The notes below the pieces were generated by a model that was not told the DNA's origin, searched no databases, and saw only the letters and a program-made list of their open reading frames with translations. From positions 62,001 to 126,000 of IMG/VR virus record IMGVR_UViG_3300030294_000005: a stretch of 64,000 bases of DNA; one strand, written 5' to 3'. Position 1 is the first letter of the stretch, and each line of letters starts with the position of its first letter. Made by a program: the position numbers and the translations under genes. Shown one piece after another: positions 31,301 through 39,500 of the stretch.

Positions 31301-33085
31301 AATATTATTACCTTTTTTATCTAGAGTTTTTAATAGACTAGAACTTCCTAAACCGCCTGAAGTAGTAGTAGTGCCATCTCCTTTTTTATCTAAAAATTCA
31401 CCAGAATTAAACCCATTAAATAAAGATTGTAAAATAGAGTCTGCACTATTTTCTTTAGACTTCATATCTTTAGTCTGTCTATCTCTTTGTTCTACTACAT
31501 TAGCACCTAATCCTAATTGTGTAGGTTTGTCCATATTTTTAAACATTGTTTTAAATATAGCCATTGATTTAGCATCTACACCATAGTCTATATGATCTGT
31601 AGTATTCTTGCTATTTACATCAAAGAATCCACCTTTATCATAAATACTTGATAATATTTTGTCCATATCTTCTCTTAATTTTTTCTGTTCATCTACAGTA
31701 TTAAAAGTTAAATATTTCATATATCCATCTATCTTGGTAAGAACATCACTAGATGCATCATTTTTATATCGCTTTTTACTATCCTCAAATGATTTCTTAA
31801 CAGATTCAGAGTCTACAAATTTTCCTTCATCATAATCATAAAGTCTTTCAGACTTACCTGATAATACTGCTAATATTTTACTTAGATATCCAGGAATAAC
31901 TTCTATAAGAGATTTTCTAGATTTGCCATCCCAATCAACTTTTCCCTTTTCATAGTTCTTAGTTTCTATTGTTGATTTTGCTGCATTTGATATTCCAAAG
32001 ATTTCACCTATCTTATTTAATATCATATTATCACTAGATTTCATTCCATTGATTTTAGCTATTATAGATCCAAAGAATCCTTTTAAACTATTATCAAAAT
32101 TTTTAATAGATTTGTCTAATGACTTTGGAATCATTTTATTTACTATATATGTCGGTACAAATTGTAATGGTGATGCCATAAACATCTCAAGCATATTACT
32201 ATCGTCACCCATCATACTATTCATAGATGTAAGTGATCCCATAGAATTACCAAAGTTCTTTTTTACATTTTTCATATACATCTTTATATCAGGAATACCT
32301 TTTCCCATTACATCTTCATATGAAATTCTATTTGATTCTTTCTGCTCTGTTTTCTTAGGAACTAAATTATCAGCTATTTGTCTTAGTAAAGATGTTTGTT
32401 CGAGCATTAGTTTATTAGACTCTTCAAAATACTTTTTAGAATTCTCTGCATGAGTCTGTAAAACTGTACTTGAGAAACTTAAAACTTTTGATATATTATC
32501 ATTTATAGCAGATAAGTTATTATTAAACAAATTATATGCGTGCATATTCTGGGTATATAGCATATTTGTTCCAGTTTTTTGAGAATCTGATGTATATTTT
32601 GCAGTTCTTGCTATTGTTGATGATATCATTTGTGCACTTTGTTCACTTGCAACTGAAATAACATCTGATATCATTAGATCTCCACTAGTTGTTGATCCTT
32701 TACCACTATCAAATGAACCAAATCCATCATCTTCTGAATCAAAATCTATATCATTAAATCCATCAGAATCTCCAAATCCCAAATTCTTATTTGTGATTTT
32801 ATCTATTCTGTCTTTATTCCAAAGTCTACCAGTTTGCAGATCTTCAAATACAGATGTTATACCAGTATCTGCTGCTTCATATATTTTAGAAGTCTTAAGT
32901 AAACTAAGACCCTTCTTATATGTGGTTTTATAGTTTATTATATTATGAGTTATATCTTTAAATAATTCAGAGTTAGTCTGTACTAAATCTGCAGTTGTAG
33001 GTGCTATTTTTGCGAATTTGTCTACTGTAGCATATGCTACAGACTTTCCTAAATTAGATATATAATTTGCTACTTTTATAGCCAT
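22337..33085 (-). CDS. Tape measure protein with Gly-rich TM region, C39-like peptidase and GH24 lysozyme domains
   Basis: 3582 aa, mostly helical. C39-like: YYSQGD..W...GTIGTSGCGPTSAAMV...GHFIV...NDP. Lysozyme: FIKDKEG...YKD..G..TIGYG...QNQFDSL.S..YNIG...GL..RR.EE. Late promoter at 33113-33124. Confidence 0.85.
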   Translation of the reverse strand: MAIKVANYISNLGKSVAYATVDKFAKIAPTTADLVQTNSELFKDITHNIINYKTTYKKGLSLLKTSKIYEAADTGITSVFEDLQTGRLWNKDRIDKITNKNLGFGDSDGFNDIDFDSEDDGFGSFDSGKGSTTSGDLMISDVISVASEQSAQMISSTIARTAKYTSDSQKTGTNMLYTQNMHAYNLFNNNLSAINDNISKVLSFSSTVLQTHAENSKKYFEESNKLMLEQTSLLRQIADNLVPKKTEQKESNRISYEDVMGKGIPDIKMYMKNVKKNFGNSMGSLTSMNSMMGDDSNMLEMFMASPLQFVPTYIVNKMIPKSLDKSIKNFDNSLKGFFGSIIAKINGMKSSDNMILNKIGEIFGISNAAKSTIETKNYEKGKVDWDGKSRKSLIEVIPGYLSKILAVLSGKSERLYDYDEGKFVDSESVKKSFEDSKKRYKNDASSDVLTKIDGYMKYLTFNTVDEQKKLREDMDKILSSIYDKGGFFDVNSKNTTDHIDYGVDAKSMAIFKTMFKNMDKPTQLGLGANVVEQRDRQTKDMKSKENSADSILQSLFNGFNSGEFLDKKGDGTTTTSGGLGSSSLLKTLDKKGNNIFYYLQNMYKELTAIRQNGLGSSSSSKSKILYGDSEYTMPTSSNGITLADNRRIKPETDKRQKAERDQERFKRDQERQLSKDKTVINVSDIDDETKLSKKLHSKIELENIKKGFKDQASEKKGLIDKLLEADSITDKTKTVIDKLNEITAKPMKFVMNTINKVDQRMYDLVFGSTKYKGQDVNGIFGIMKLELASQFGQLNLFINEKILNPIKQKLDIKSMGDLSKKVFGMFGLDPDEIKKNMHDYLFAKDTGLFSAIMKATKDVFANAFQVSKNSLKTVYGPLVDKFRSKKSKTKVNMENSLDELDVKAKDGTIPKTENKVADTISKLVDKQQNVNEGVFEYSKHEYGKGLKNLANLDDSEQGLLENIFNSFANKPMELDSLKFNTLMNLTKDLSQKDGSYSKLYSKLGKYNILFNEDSLSKLSVNDIIANKYSPQDAIKKSAKDFEGTASAFNTMDDQQGGGFNTKVSDYLSSIKENVSGIFGLLKSAMSTSETTKRGSIKADILDPSLTTNPEGKATLGFAQGLTSVISNWMYKNMPHHEQGGVIENAQVATLGKGEVVLTSDKVKSLLGILTDIESGTALGRSSRSIGIQADKKVQGFVESSKLGSKDEFTNFMSTAVENPELLNKLQELKANKLYDKVFNVFNINLNKALEEYTTKISQFDKKGIPTDPIQRAMYNESEPFAKQVVDELYKGTTKVKDALFGVNPNREKKKFGEAISDVTKNISKYAPEAMGAGLLGGGVSLITGAIGGPLLGAAVGAGISLTKNSEKIQNWLFGDFNAETKERDGGVIPKKFVDQISKLAPDLQSFGIAGGLTGLLPFVPFGPVGGLLIGSSIAFAKNNEHAMDFLFGETGLIKPKHQEQIKKFLPRMAAGAAIGVFTGPFGLLGNAAIGAAGGMLSSTDQFNKVIFGTKDPKTGEYENGLLPSLRHVLIDPLKSFMTVTTTKIQDFIENKIFSPLKEAFDPIKKDIKLLFKGMFDKIGGHINKSFENAFGVPLTKLVEDKLLKPLKGFFSGMFKTLTFLPKKIIGAPFAMLGAYGKSRRKSHIRTGNADYMSAEERVNYRKTNKVDTFLKKDKFADFDEMLNDMSDDDKKELVGTLDLLNSNDKNLHKKKVDLTNSMGSEISKYLSYDKSMSAMKQIDKSGETDKAKKYIDIQNSKNLDNTKNRHGLVKDLSSSWNDKTMSISDRAKLFRKKQPDIYKLFSNNADATKAEKLIKAGKFDEVTKMINDLQNQDNTKAFDLLNLIDQNSNKLKSTNNMINNSKETTAELQKKLKNIPGLKNLDLTNKHDIEKYMNLVKKEVGGTKEQDPNVTPEQTVVLEMEQTNHKEIINYFKDTLDVLKKIAGMDVNELNTEEYTKNSTDIAKKTIFSKSIPENKKQDAINKTVSDMINKRFEQINDSNLPKELKEKALNDLVKLKSSKPTESTIRKIKSLQTPKEYLDKFRKGIRDEYKLNENDLKSEDRFKPYFNPEVRKEDEEKTTEAEGLDPNKVETYATGGIVDKTKIAALSKGEYVNTPNAVESVMKVVPSLLVNMNKNDSDNRTIFQKMLDRLTTLVKNNADSKNLVEKIDEHGNVMKFTRNGRKDLVADRGDTSTKLALEDAAKDENSNKSIFAKFGDMFKGFVDKLNPFNKDKDKKNSFLDDILDKIKMVAGIGAAVAFLPQIVKVVGPVLKDLWDGTIQPFLTKTVGPWMRDELMPVLADGIKFALLNLFPALVTTAGTAVGLSGQNGEESVQTHVATSAARDVIQGGNGIKTVAKLVDRSAPKTLLGKATKVVKKTGVGVLDKAGDLLRKPFDYIDKKTGLDKLSTKVGSSVENKILDVTGMTAKKEARAAATDAAKTGAEDIVKNTVTGAIKTVTTDAAKTGAEDVASSLAKDAGKGIIDKLCKKVTQFMEQLVANETFKGLSGGVKVVGKDLAKPLTEWLEKHVTESAAKIGGKVAGLIGSAGIINAIWAIADFTSGFMDAANIIGIVQEPTLGMKLTAGTIKAINGLLLLGIIPESILVDLLLPVFALVFDKDQKIKGMRDASVKQVSDYNTKNGTSYDITQYNKTVLGKKNLEDYAGDTMGSSTAWAGLNDTKIRSDQGIKDGSNISLMNRVNEGAAGLMNGLSFGKINTKDTAKMLNKGNDIIAYKADQTTKWAGNKVNGAKKWLADDSILAAGNDTKIRSDLGLKDGVSLNTTDRVSMAAAGLLDTLSGGKINTKDSVKVINGAITDIEGKATKFWTTTSTNITKTFTDLKSDVVTGADNANKKLGSMLGMLDEKGNPMKLTDGLSVGWGIFTKDIGAAWDGMKKTALDTFNNISTTLKTTFDNISKAFSNGLAAVDTKLGSILGFKDANGNPISLTAGIDTLGKAMDNAINNIKTTVGNTVNNVGTSISNGWNSFTNGVSNFFNPVTTSLTASSNSSIAQRNAAVGGNGPAQSNNNKNKGGFGGSTNNGMVYYSQGDSDWSNTSYPYNGKGTIGTSGCGPTSAAMVISSLTKQKVTPVDTSAYAVNNGFRVEAGTSWDYFKNIGNKYGIGFDQTIDQKSILSALQNKQPVIFTGKGPAPFTTGGHFIVGAGSDGNNIEINDPVSLARSKSYPNTQIFKGMESAFIANKALDGTIPDVSSSASDTSSTDGTATTPSSLFDMLTGFQGIMTNGFNRIYGLDTTTDSSTGTTSTSVSTSADGLTSDNLVNFIKDKEGFRDKLYKDVTGTATIGYGSTHGAIMGKTSVTKDEATVQLKADLGDTATKLKADLDKKGVKLTQNQFDSLCSLGYNIGVNGLLSSNFYASIVGGQRSQSAITDGFNSFSHDGNNNVIPGLLPRRKEEASIFLSGTAPAYVSGGNGLDNTEMLKYRTTKMTEGGFGKAPSKIENTRSGGFGGSQTKINNKNKGGFGNILEYNNDVPTAKSTSSSDNTVTIGLIKSIINVLIKISSNTDNLQKIVEMLANVLNVKVPAQAIQNATTAAGTKQLSDMLSNSVDSSNTVDNSALLKILDQLAKE

Positions 33086-33173
33086 AACTTTCTACCTCCT
33101 TTCTGTTTGGATTATTATAATGTTATTGTAATAAAAAAAATGAAGGTATGAGCTATTACACTCATACCTATTT

Positions 33174-33461
33174 TTATAATATTTCTTTTTTAAATTTTTC
33201 TATTTTTAATATAATAAAATTAAATCCTGATAGATTATCTGGAGCACTTACTTTTAAATCACAATATAAATCTTTATGCTCTTCTTTTATTTCTGTATTA
33301 ATATCAGAAACAAATTTATCTACACTTTCATCATTTAAATCAAATATAGCTTTAGATGTTTGAGTGTTTACATAAGCTGTTATGTAATCATAATTATTTA
33401 AATTATTTAGTATTAGATTTTTACAATTTTTCTTTACTTCTATTACATCCATATTAATCAT
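33174..33461 (-). CDS. Hypothetical protein
   Basis: AAGGGG RBS; terminator hairpin at about 33144-33168. Confidence 0.6.
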   Translation of the reverse strand: MINMDVIEVKKNCKNLILNNLNNYDYITAYVNTQTSKAIFDLNDESVDKFVSDINTEIKEEHKDLYCDLKVSAPDNLSGFNFIILKIEKFKKEIL

Positions 33462-33535
33462 ACCCCTTTTTTATTATAGATTGGACATTTTATTTCTTTA
33501 TCTAAATTTAATAAATCTCCTTCTTTAATTCCCAT
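33458..33535 (-). CDS. 25-aa small ORF (MGIKEGDLLNLDKEIKCPIYNKKGV), not in the ORF track
   Basis: AAGGAG RBS, AACA-N6-TA at 33548-33559, ATGA overlap with the next gene. Confidence 0.55.
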   Translation of the reverse strand: MGIKEGDLLNLDKEIKCPIYNKKGV

Positions 33536-33572
33536 AATATTCTCCTTTATTATAATGTTAATTTTTCATAAT

Positions 33573-34121
33573 TTATTTTAATAAATAGAGATTAGTTTCT
33601 AAATGTAATATAGTTGTTTTATGAAGTTTCATTTTCTTATAATTCTTCAAGTAAAATTCCATTGCTGTATCATTAAACTTTTTACCCATAGCATTCCAAT
33701 CACATATCATTTCTAATATTGATAAATTATCCATTGCTCTACAAGATATAATATTTTCATCTTTATAATCGTAGTTACACCAATAATTCCAATGATGCTT
33801 ATTACACATAAAATGATGTCTCCAAGCATAATCAAAATTAGATTTGCATTCTAAATAACTACGACTTATACAACTTAAACCATTAGTTATTTGTTCTGTG
33901 TTATACATCTTTTCTAGTTTAATTCCATCTACTCCATAAAACCATTTAGCATATGGTATAAATTCTTTAGGATTGAGCTTACTTAAATCATGAGTAAAAG
34001 CATGAATAATTAATCTAATCTTAGTTTTATTACTATATTTCTTTGAGACTTTAATACATTCTTTAAAAACATTTTTCTTATGCTCACATACATATTTAAA
34101 ATATTTTATATATATATTCAT
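33573..34121 (-). CDS. HD-domain (DUF5662-like) protein
   Basis: EHK..V, HDLSK, AW.HH...N.HHW.YW and EMICDW; likely start MNIY after GGGAGG. Confidence 0.7.
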   Translation of the reverse strand: MNIYIKYFKYVCEHKKNVFKECIKVSKKYSNKTKIRLIIHAFTHDLSKLNPKEFIPYAKWFYGVDGIKLEKMYNTEQITNGLSCISRSYLECKSNFDYAWRHHFMCNKHHWNYWCNYDYKDENIISCRAMDNLSILEMICDWNAMGKKFNDTAMEFYLKNYKKMKLHKTTILHLETNLYLLK

Positions 34122-34193
34122 AATATAATCCTCCCTATAAAATGACAAAAAAAATAGATAAGGAATCATCCTTATCTATTTAAATAATTTATA

Positions 34194-34715
34194 TTAAACC
34201 CAATCTGGGCAAGGTGCAATAACTCTAATGCTAGTATGATCTTTTACTTTTACTGGTATATGATCATATCTTGCAGTTCCATCTTCATTAACCCCAACTT
34301 TACTAGGGTATGTTCTGATAGATTCTTTTACTACTTTCTTTATAAGAGAAACATCAGATGTCTTTCTTCCACCCAATGGCAATTTTCTATCTGTTCCAAG
34401 ATATGTGTTGACAAATTCTTTAGAAATGTTTATTAGATTTGCTGCTTCTGATTTCTTAAATTCATGAGCTTCTGCTAATTTTTCAGCTTCTGCTACTGGT
34501 ATCTTTGCTGCTGATGTGATAATAGATGTTACAAAATCTCTAGCTTCTTTAGCTGGACTAACTGTTCCCTCTTTACCCTCTTTACCATAAATACCTACTT
34601 CATAAGTTCTGTCATTAAGCATAGCTTTCATTACTCTCAATTCATCCTTCTGTGATGAACTCTTTTGTGATAAATTTGTTTTGATTTCCTTTACTAAATC
34701 TTTTACATTTTCCAT
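34194..34715 (-). CDS. Conserved basic protein, possibly HU-like DNA-binding
   Basis: Helical N-terminus then a beta-arm-like C-terminus; late promoter at 34745-34756 and own terminator at 34152-34180. Confidence 0.4.
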   Translation of the reverse strand: MENVKDLVKEIKTNLSQKSSSQKDELRVMKAMLNDRTYEVGIYGKEGKEGTVSPAKEARDFVTSIITSAAKIPVAEAEKLAEAHEFKKSEAANLINISKEFVNTYLGTDRKLPLGGRKTSDVSLIKKVVKESIRTYPSKVGVNEDGTARYDHIPVKVKDHTSIRVIAPCPDWV

Positions 34716-34792
34716 AATTCGTTATCCTCCTAAATTTTATTAATTAGATTTTTGTTAGATGTATAATATTTTATTACTATACATTTGAATAA

Positions 34793-34933
34793 TTATTTTA
34801 TTATCTTTCCTTCCTCATCATAAAAGATAATTGGTCTAATTTTTTTCCCTTTCTTGCCTTTCTCTTCTATAATTTTATTAATTTGTTCATGCGTTATATT
34901 TTTAAGTCTTTCAATAAAACTATATTTGTCCAA
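34793..34933 (-). CDS. 46-aa small ORF (TTG start; ...KKIRPIIFYDEEGKIIK), not in the ORF track
   Basis: TAGGAG RBS; AACA-N6-TA at 34972-34983. Confidence 0.6.
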   Translation of the reverse strand: MDKYSFIERLKNITHEQINKIIEEKGKKGKKIRPIIFYDEEGKIIK

Positions 34934-35015
34934 ATTTATATCATCTCCTAATAAAGTTCTATTCACTCCTTTAGATATATGTTTAGAACGTTATAAAAAA
35001 CTAAATTTTTAAGTG

Positions 35016-35675
35016 CTATAAATTAGTTAGTAGCAGTCTTTTTTTATAATATTCTAATTTATTACAGATAGCGGTTGTTTTTATTCTCTTATGTCCTCTG
35101 ACTTTAAAGTCTACTCCTGGATATATATTTTTTATATATCTTTTATCTATATAAGCTATATGAGATTGTAATAACTTATGTTTATCATTTTTTTCATTTA
35201 ATTCAAAATCAAATAAACATTCTTTTATTAAATCCAAATCTAAATCAATAGTATTGATTCTCTTAATATCTTTATTATTATAATAATATATTAAATCTGC
35301 AAACTTATAAAAATCTACAGATAATAGTGGTGTATCATCTGGCAATTCTAATTCTAATACATATATATCATCACAACAACTAGATACTCCAGGTATCTCA
35401 AAATTTAATATATCATTACTATACTCTATATAATTATTTATAGGATTTCCATCATATTCAGTAATACCAAAAACTAAACCTTTAAATCTTTTTCCTCTAA
35501 ATATATTATTATTGAAATCAGTATAACTATTTACATTATATATATCTAGAATATAGTCATATGAACTCCTTCTACTTTCATATTGGCATGTCTTATCAAA
35601 ATCAGGATAGTATCTCCCCGTTTTACATAATTCTTCCATAGTATGTTTACTTTGAAATGTCCAAAATTTTATCAT
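35016..35675 (-). CDS. DUF3841-like hypothetical protein
   Basis: KFWTFQS...L...G.Y and VLELELPDD..LL..DF; likely start MIKFW after AGGAG; early motif at 35709-35718. Confidence 0.45.
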   Translation of the reverse strand: MIKFWTFQSKHTMEELCKTGRYYPDFDKTCQYESRRSSYDYILDIYNVNSYTDFNNNIFRGKRFKGLVFGITEYDGNPINNYIEYSNDILNFEIPGVSSCCDDIYVLELELPDDTPLLSVDFYKFADLIYYYNNKDIKRINTIDLDLDLIKECLFDFELNEKNDKHKLLQSHIAYIDKRYIKNIYPGVDFKVRGHKRIKTTAICNKLEYYKKRLLLTNL

Positions 35676-35761
35676 AATTTCATCTCCTAAAATATTATAA
35701 TCATAGTTATAATATATAATCATAAAAAATATAGAAGAGCCGAAGCTCTTCAATACTATAT

Positions 35762-36124
35762 TTAAATAAATAATCCATATTGTTTATTACTATGCTTTGC
35801 CATACAATATGCATTACGAATATCATTAGTAACACATACTTTTCCAGTTTTATTATACTTTGTTGTATCTATAGAAGCGATAGTTTCAAGAGAATATTCT
35901 AATTCCTCTGGCATCGAACTAAAAAATAAATGTAATATATATTTACAATTGTTTATATTATCTAGATCTTTTAAAACATCAGTTCTAGAATAGTCTAAGA
36001 TTGTTTTTAATTGTATAACAAATTTATTCATTTGTTGCATAGCTTTTGATATACATCTCTTATCTGTTAATAATACAACAGTTTCTTCAGTATCTAAATA
36101 GATAGTATATAAGTCTTCGTACAT
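35762..36124 (-). CDS. Hypothetical protein
   Basis: GGGAGG RBS. Confidence 0.6.
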   Translation of the reverse strand: MYEDLYTIYLDTEETVVLLTDKRCISKAMQQMNKFVIQLKTILDYSRTDVLKDLDNINNCKYILHLFFSSMPEELEYSLETIASIDTTKYNKTGKVCVTNDIRNAYCMAKHSNKQYGLFI

Positions 36125-36141
36125 TTGATATAGACCTCCCG

Positions 36142-36417
36142 TTATTTATGTAATAAATCGTATTGAATGCAATCAAAAGATTCTGAATGTGTAAAATCAG
36201 TTATTTTAATACCATTAAATGCTTTAAGAGTTAGATCTTCATTATATGCTTTCTTATAATATTCCAATTTCTTAGGAAAATTAGCATTTGGATTAATTAT
36301 AATTTCTGCATCAGTAGATGCTTCTGTTTGAATTTTAACAGCTATAAATTTTGCTTTAGTTTCTATAGCTATTTTAAATTCCTCCTCTAAAGATTTTAAT
36401 GTTTTTACATTTGACAT
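36142..36417 (-). CDS. Conserved phage hypothetical protein
   Basis: EIIINPNANF..KL.YYKKAYNEDL.LK-type small Bacillota phage protein; AACT-N6-TA at 36452-36463. Confidence 0.65.
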   Translation of the reverse strand: MSNVKTLKSLEEEFKIAIETKAKFIAVKIQTEASTDAEIIINPNANFPKKLEYYKKAYNEDLTLKAFNGIKITDFTHSESFDCIQYDLLHK

Positions 36418-36488
36418 TTTAAATCCCCCTTATAAGTATAATTTAACCATTTATATTATAGTTATTTCTATTCTAAATATATAATATT

Positions 36489-36500
36489 AACAATCTATTA
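36489..36500 (+). promoter_or_regulatory. Putative late promoter AACA-N6-TA
   Basis: AACA-ATCTAT-TA upstream of the RNAP subunit gene. Confidence 0.6.
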
Positions 36501-36536
36501 AACGACAATATTATGTAATAGAAGGAGTGATTAATT

Positions 36537-39500
36537 ATGATATTTTTAGACGAATTGGATAATCTAAAATTATATAAAAAACAATTGTTTTTACCAATAA
36601 ACGAAAAAAATAAAAGAAAAGGTTCTGCCGTTTTTTTATTAACTCCAAATTATGAATCATCTAAAAAATTAATGAATAATGATAGTTTAGTTACCAGATG
36701 GTTTGAAAGTTATTATATAGAGAAGGATATATCATATTTTATAAATCAAGAAGGATATATTGTTCTTAATGATAATATTCCATATAATGTATTAAATGAA
36801 GAATTAAGAAATAGAATTGTTGTTACTAATACAAATAATATTATAAATGAAGCAGCAACAGATACTAAATTGGTTAAAGTTAAAGATCATCCATTATATG
36901 ATTATCTAAACTTTGATGAATATGATCCAGATGATATAATAGAGATTCCAATTTCTGATATAAAAGGAACTAATTTAGCTGAAGCTGATATACCTAATAC
37001 TTTAAAAGATCCAAAGAGTCTTCAAAGAGCATTGAAAATAAGGATGAGAAAACCTATAAATAGATTAAAGAGAATAGATCCTACTGACCCATCTAATACT
37101 GCAGCCCAAGTAGAAAAGATACAAGCATTAATGAATGAAAGTGCTTTAACTACAGAAGAGAAGAAAAAATTAAAAGATTCAGATTATGGATTATTAAAAA
37201 AGAAAAAATATCCTATGCCAGATAAGGAGCATGTACTATCAGCTATAAGATTTTTTAATTATGTAGATTCTGAGGATGAAAAAGAATTAGCTGATAATAT
37301 AAATAAAAAAATAAAAGAATATAAGATTGAAGATCAAGTTAATGTAGGAAAGAATAATAGATTTTCTAAATATTGCAATGAAGAATCTATAAAAGAATAT
37401 TTTAATTCTGAATCAACTCCTATTATATATGATTTACATTGTGCATTTTTAAAGTTCTTAGATGGACATTCTACAGAAGATGAAATGCTTTCAGATGTAG
37501 ATGTGAGATTTAAAGATAATAGTGAATTAATGAATGATGGATTAATAAATGACATTGATATATTTAATGACATTTCTGATTGTATATCATTTTATCTACC
37601 AAGATTAATTGATAAATGCAAATGCGATATAACTAAAATATTGAATAAATATTTATTCAATGATGATCTACAAGAATCATATATGGTAGGACATGTAGTC
37701 AAAGACTATTCAATTGACAAAATGGGACTAATGACAAAAGATTCTTTAATTATGTTTAATGAGAATATGGATGAAACAATAATGAATGAAGCAAATAAAG
37801 ATTACAATCCTGTTCTTTATAAGTTATTATATAATGAAAGATATAGAACTCCTAAAGAAGTAATAGCAATATATGATAATGTAAAGATAGATGCTCCTTA
37901 TATAACTAAAACATATTTAGATTATACTAAATATAGTAAACTCAATCTATTTGTAGATCTATCTTTCTATAACCAAACCTTCTTTAAAAATAATATATAT
38001 AAATTAGATAAGGGTATAGATTTATATTTTGAGTTTATAACAAGATTCTTAAAAGATTCTAGATTGGGAGCTGCGGGATATAATAAGAAAACTGTATTCA
38101 TTCCTGTTGATGACTGGACTAAACCTGATATGAAAAAAGTATATAACTATACTGAAGATATAAATCCGTTATCAATGATTTGTAGACTTATGGGGACTAC
38201 CAAATTATTAAATATACAACAAGAGTGGAAAGATATTGTATTAGTATTATTCTCTGCTCAAGGATATTTTAAAATAGATATCAATAGTTTAGTTGATAAA
38301 GATATAAGTCAAATACAAGTATTATTAAATAAACTAAAAAATAAAGATGTATCAATAGCAACTGATAATATAGATTCTCCTAAGGCTATAGTAGCTACTA
38401 TTGTAGATAAGATTGAAATTAGTCAAAATATAGAAATTAATAATTTGACTGGTAAAGCAGCAAAAGGAACTATATCTAATGGTGAGTTAGATGATAAGTT
38501 AAGTAATTCTGTTACATCTAAAACTGTTATTGATATTAATAAAAATGCACCTTCTGAAGATGTAGCACAGAATGATGATTTAAAAAATGAATTAGTTACT
38601 AAATTAAAAGATGCTTCTAAAGATGCTGCTTCAACTAATAATGTATTAGATGACATAAATAATGATGATGATATTAAAAAAATAATAGATACATTGTCAA
38701 CACAAGAAGATAATTCAGTAAAAATTAATGCAGCAAGATCAGCTAGAGTAACTAAATTGAACAATGATTTTTTAGACAGTAAGTTAAAAGAAACTACAGT
38801 AAAACAAATGATTGAACATGCTACCAATAATGAGCCTATCCCAAAAACTGAATTAAAAATAGATAGTGTGAATGAAGAGTGGAAAGACTTACGTTATATG
38901 AATTTTGAAAAAATATATAATCCAGCTGATGATATAGTAACTATGATAAATAGTTTTTCAGATAAAACAGCTCCAGTTATGGTACGAAATTTAAATATAG
39001 AAGACTCTTCTACTACAGAAGATTATAAAGATACCTGGACTGCTGAAATGGAAGATGTAAATGGAACTAGGTTTACATTAAAATTCGATATACCTAAATT
39101 TAAAGAAAATAAATTTATGTTATTAGGTGGTAATGAAAAAACAATAAATGGACAACTTGTATTATTACCTATAATAAAAACTGATGAAGATACTGTTCAG
39201 ATAGTTTCAAATTATAATAAAATATTTATAAGAAGATTTGGAACATCTAAAGGAAAATCTAATATAGTTGCTAATAGATTAATAAAAGCATTATCTAAAG
39301 AAAATCCCTTTAAAGTAGTTCCTGGAGATAATACAAAGATATGTTCTAAATATGAATTACCAATAGACTATATAGATTTAGCCTCACAATATTCTAAAAT
39401 AGAAACTAAGAAGCATATATTTTATTTTAATCAAGATGAAATAAGGGAGAAATATAAAGATACTATAGATCTTAAAAAAGGAATTCCAATATGTGTTGAA

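Noticed and set aside
23430-32453. Many plus-strand ORFs inside the tape measure gene
   Set aside because: Antisense shadows of a long coding frame, with no RBS or promoter and typical reverse-frame composition.
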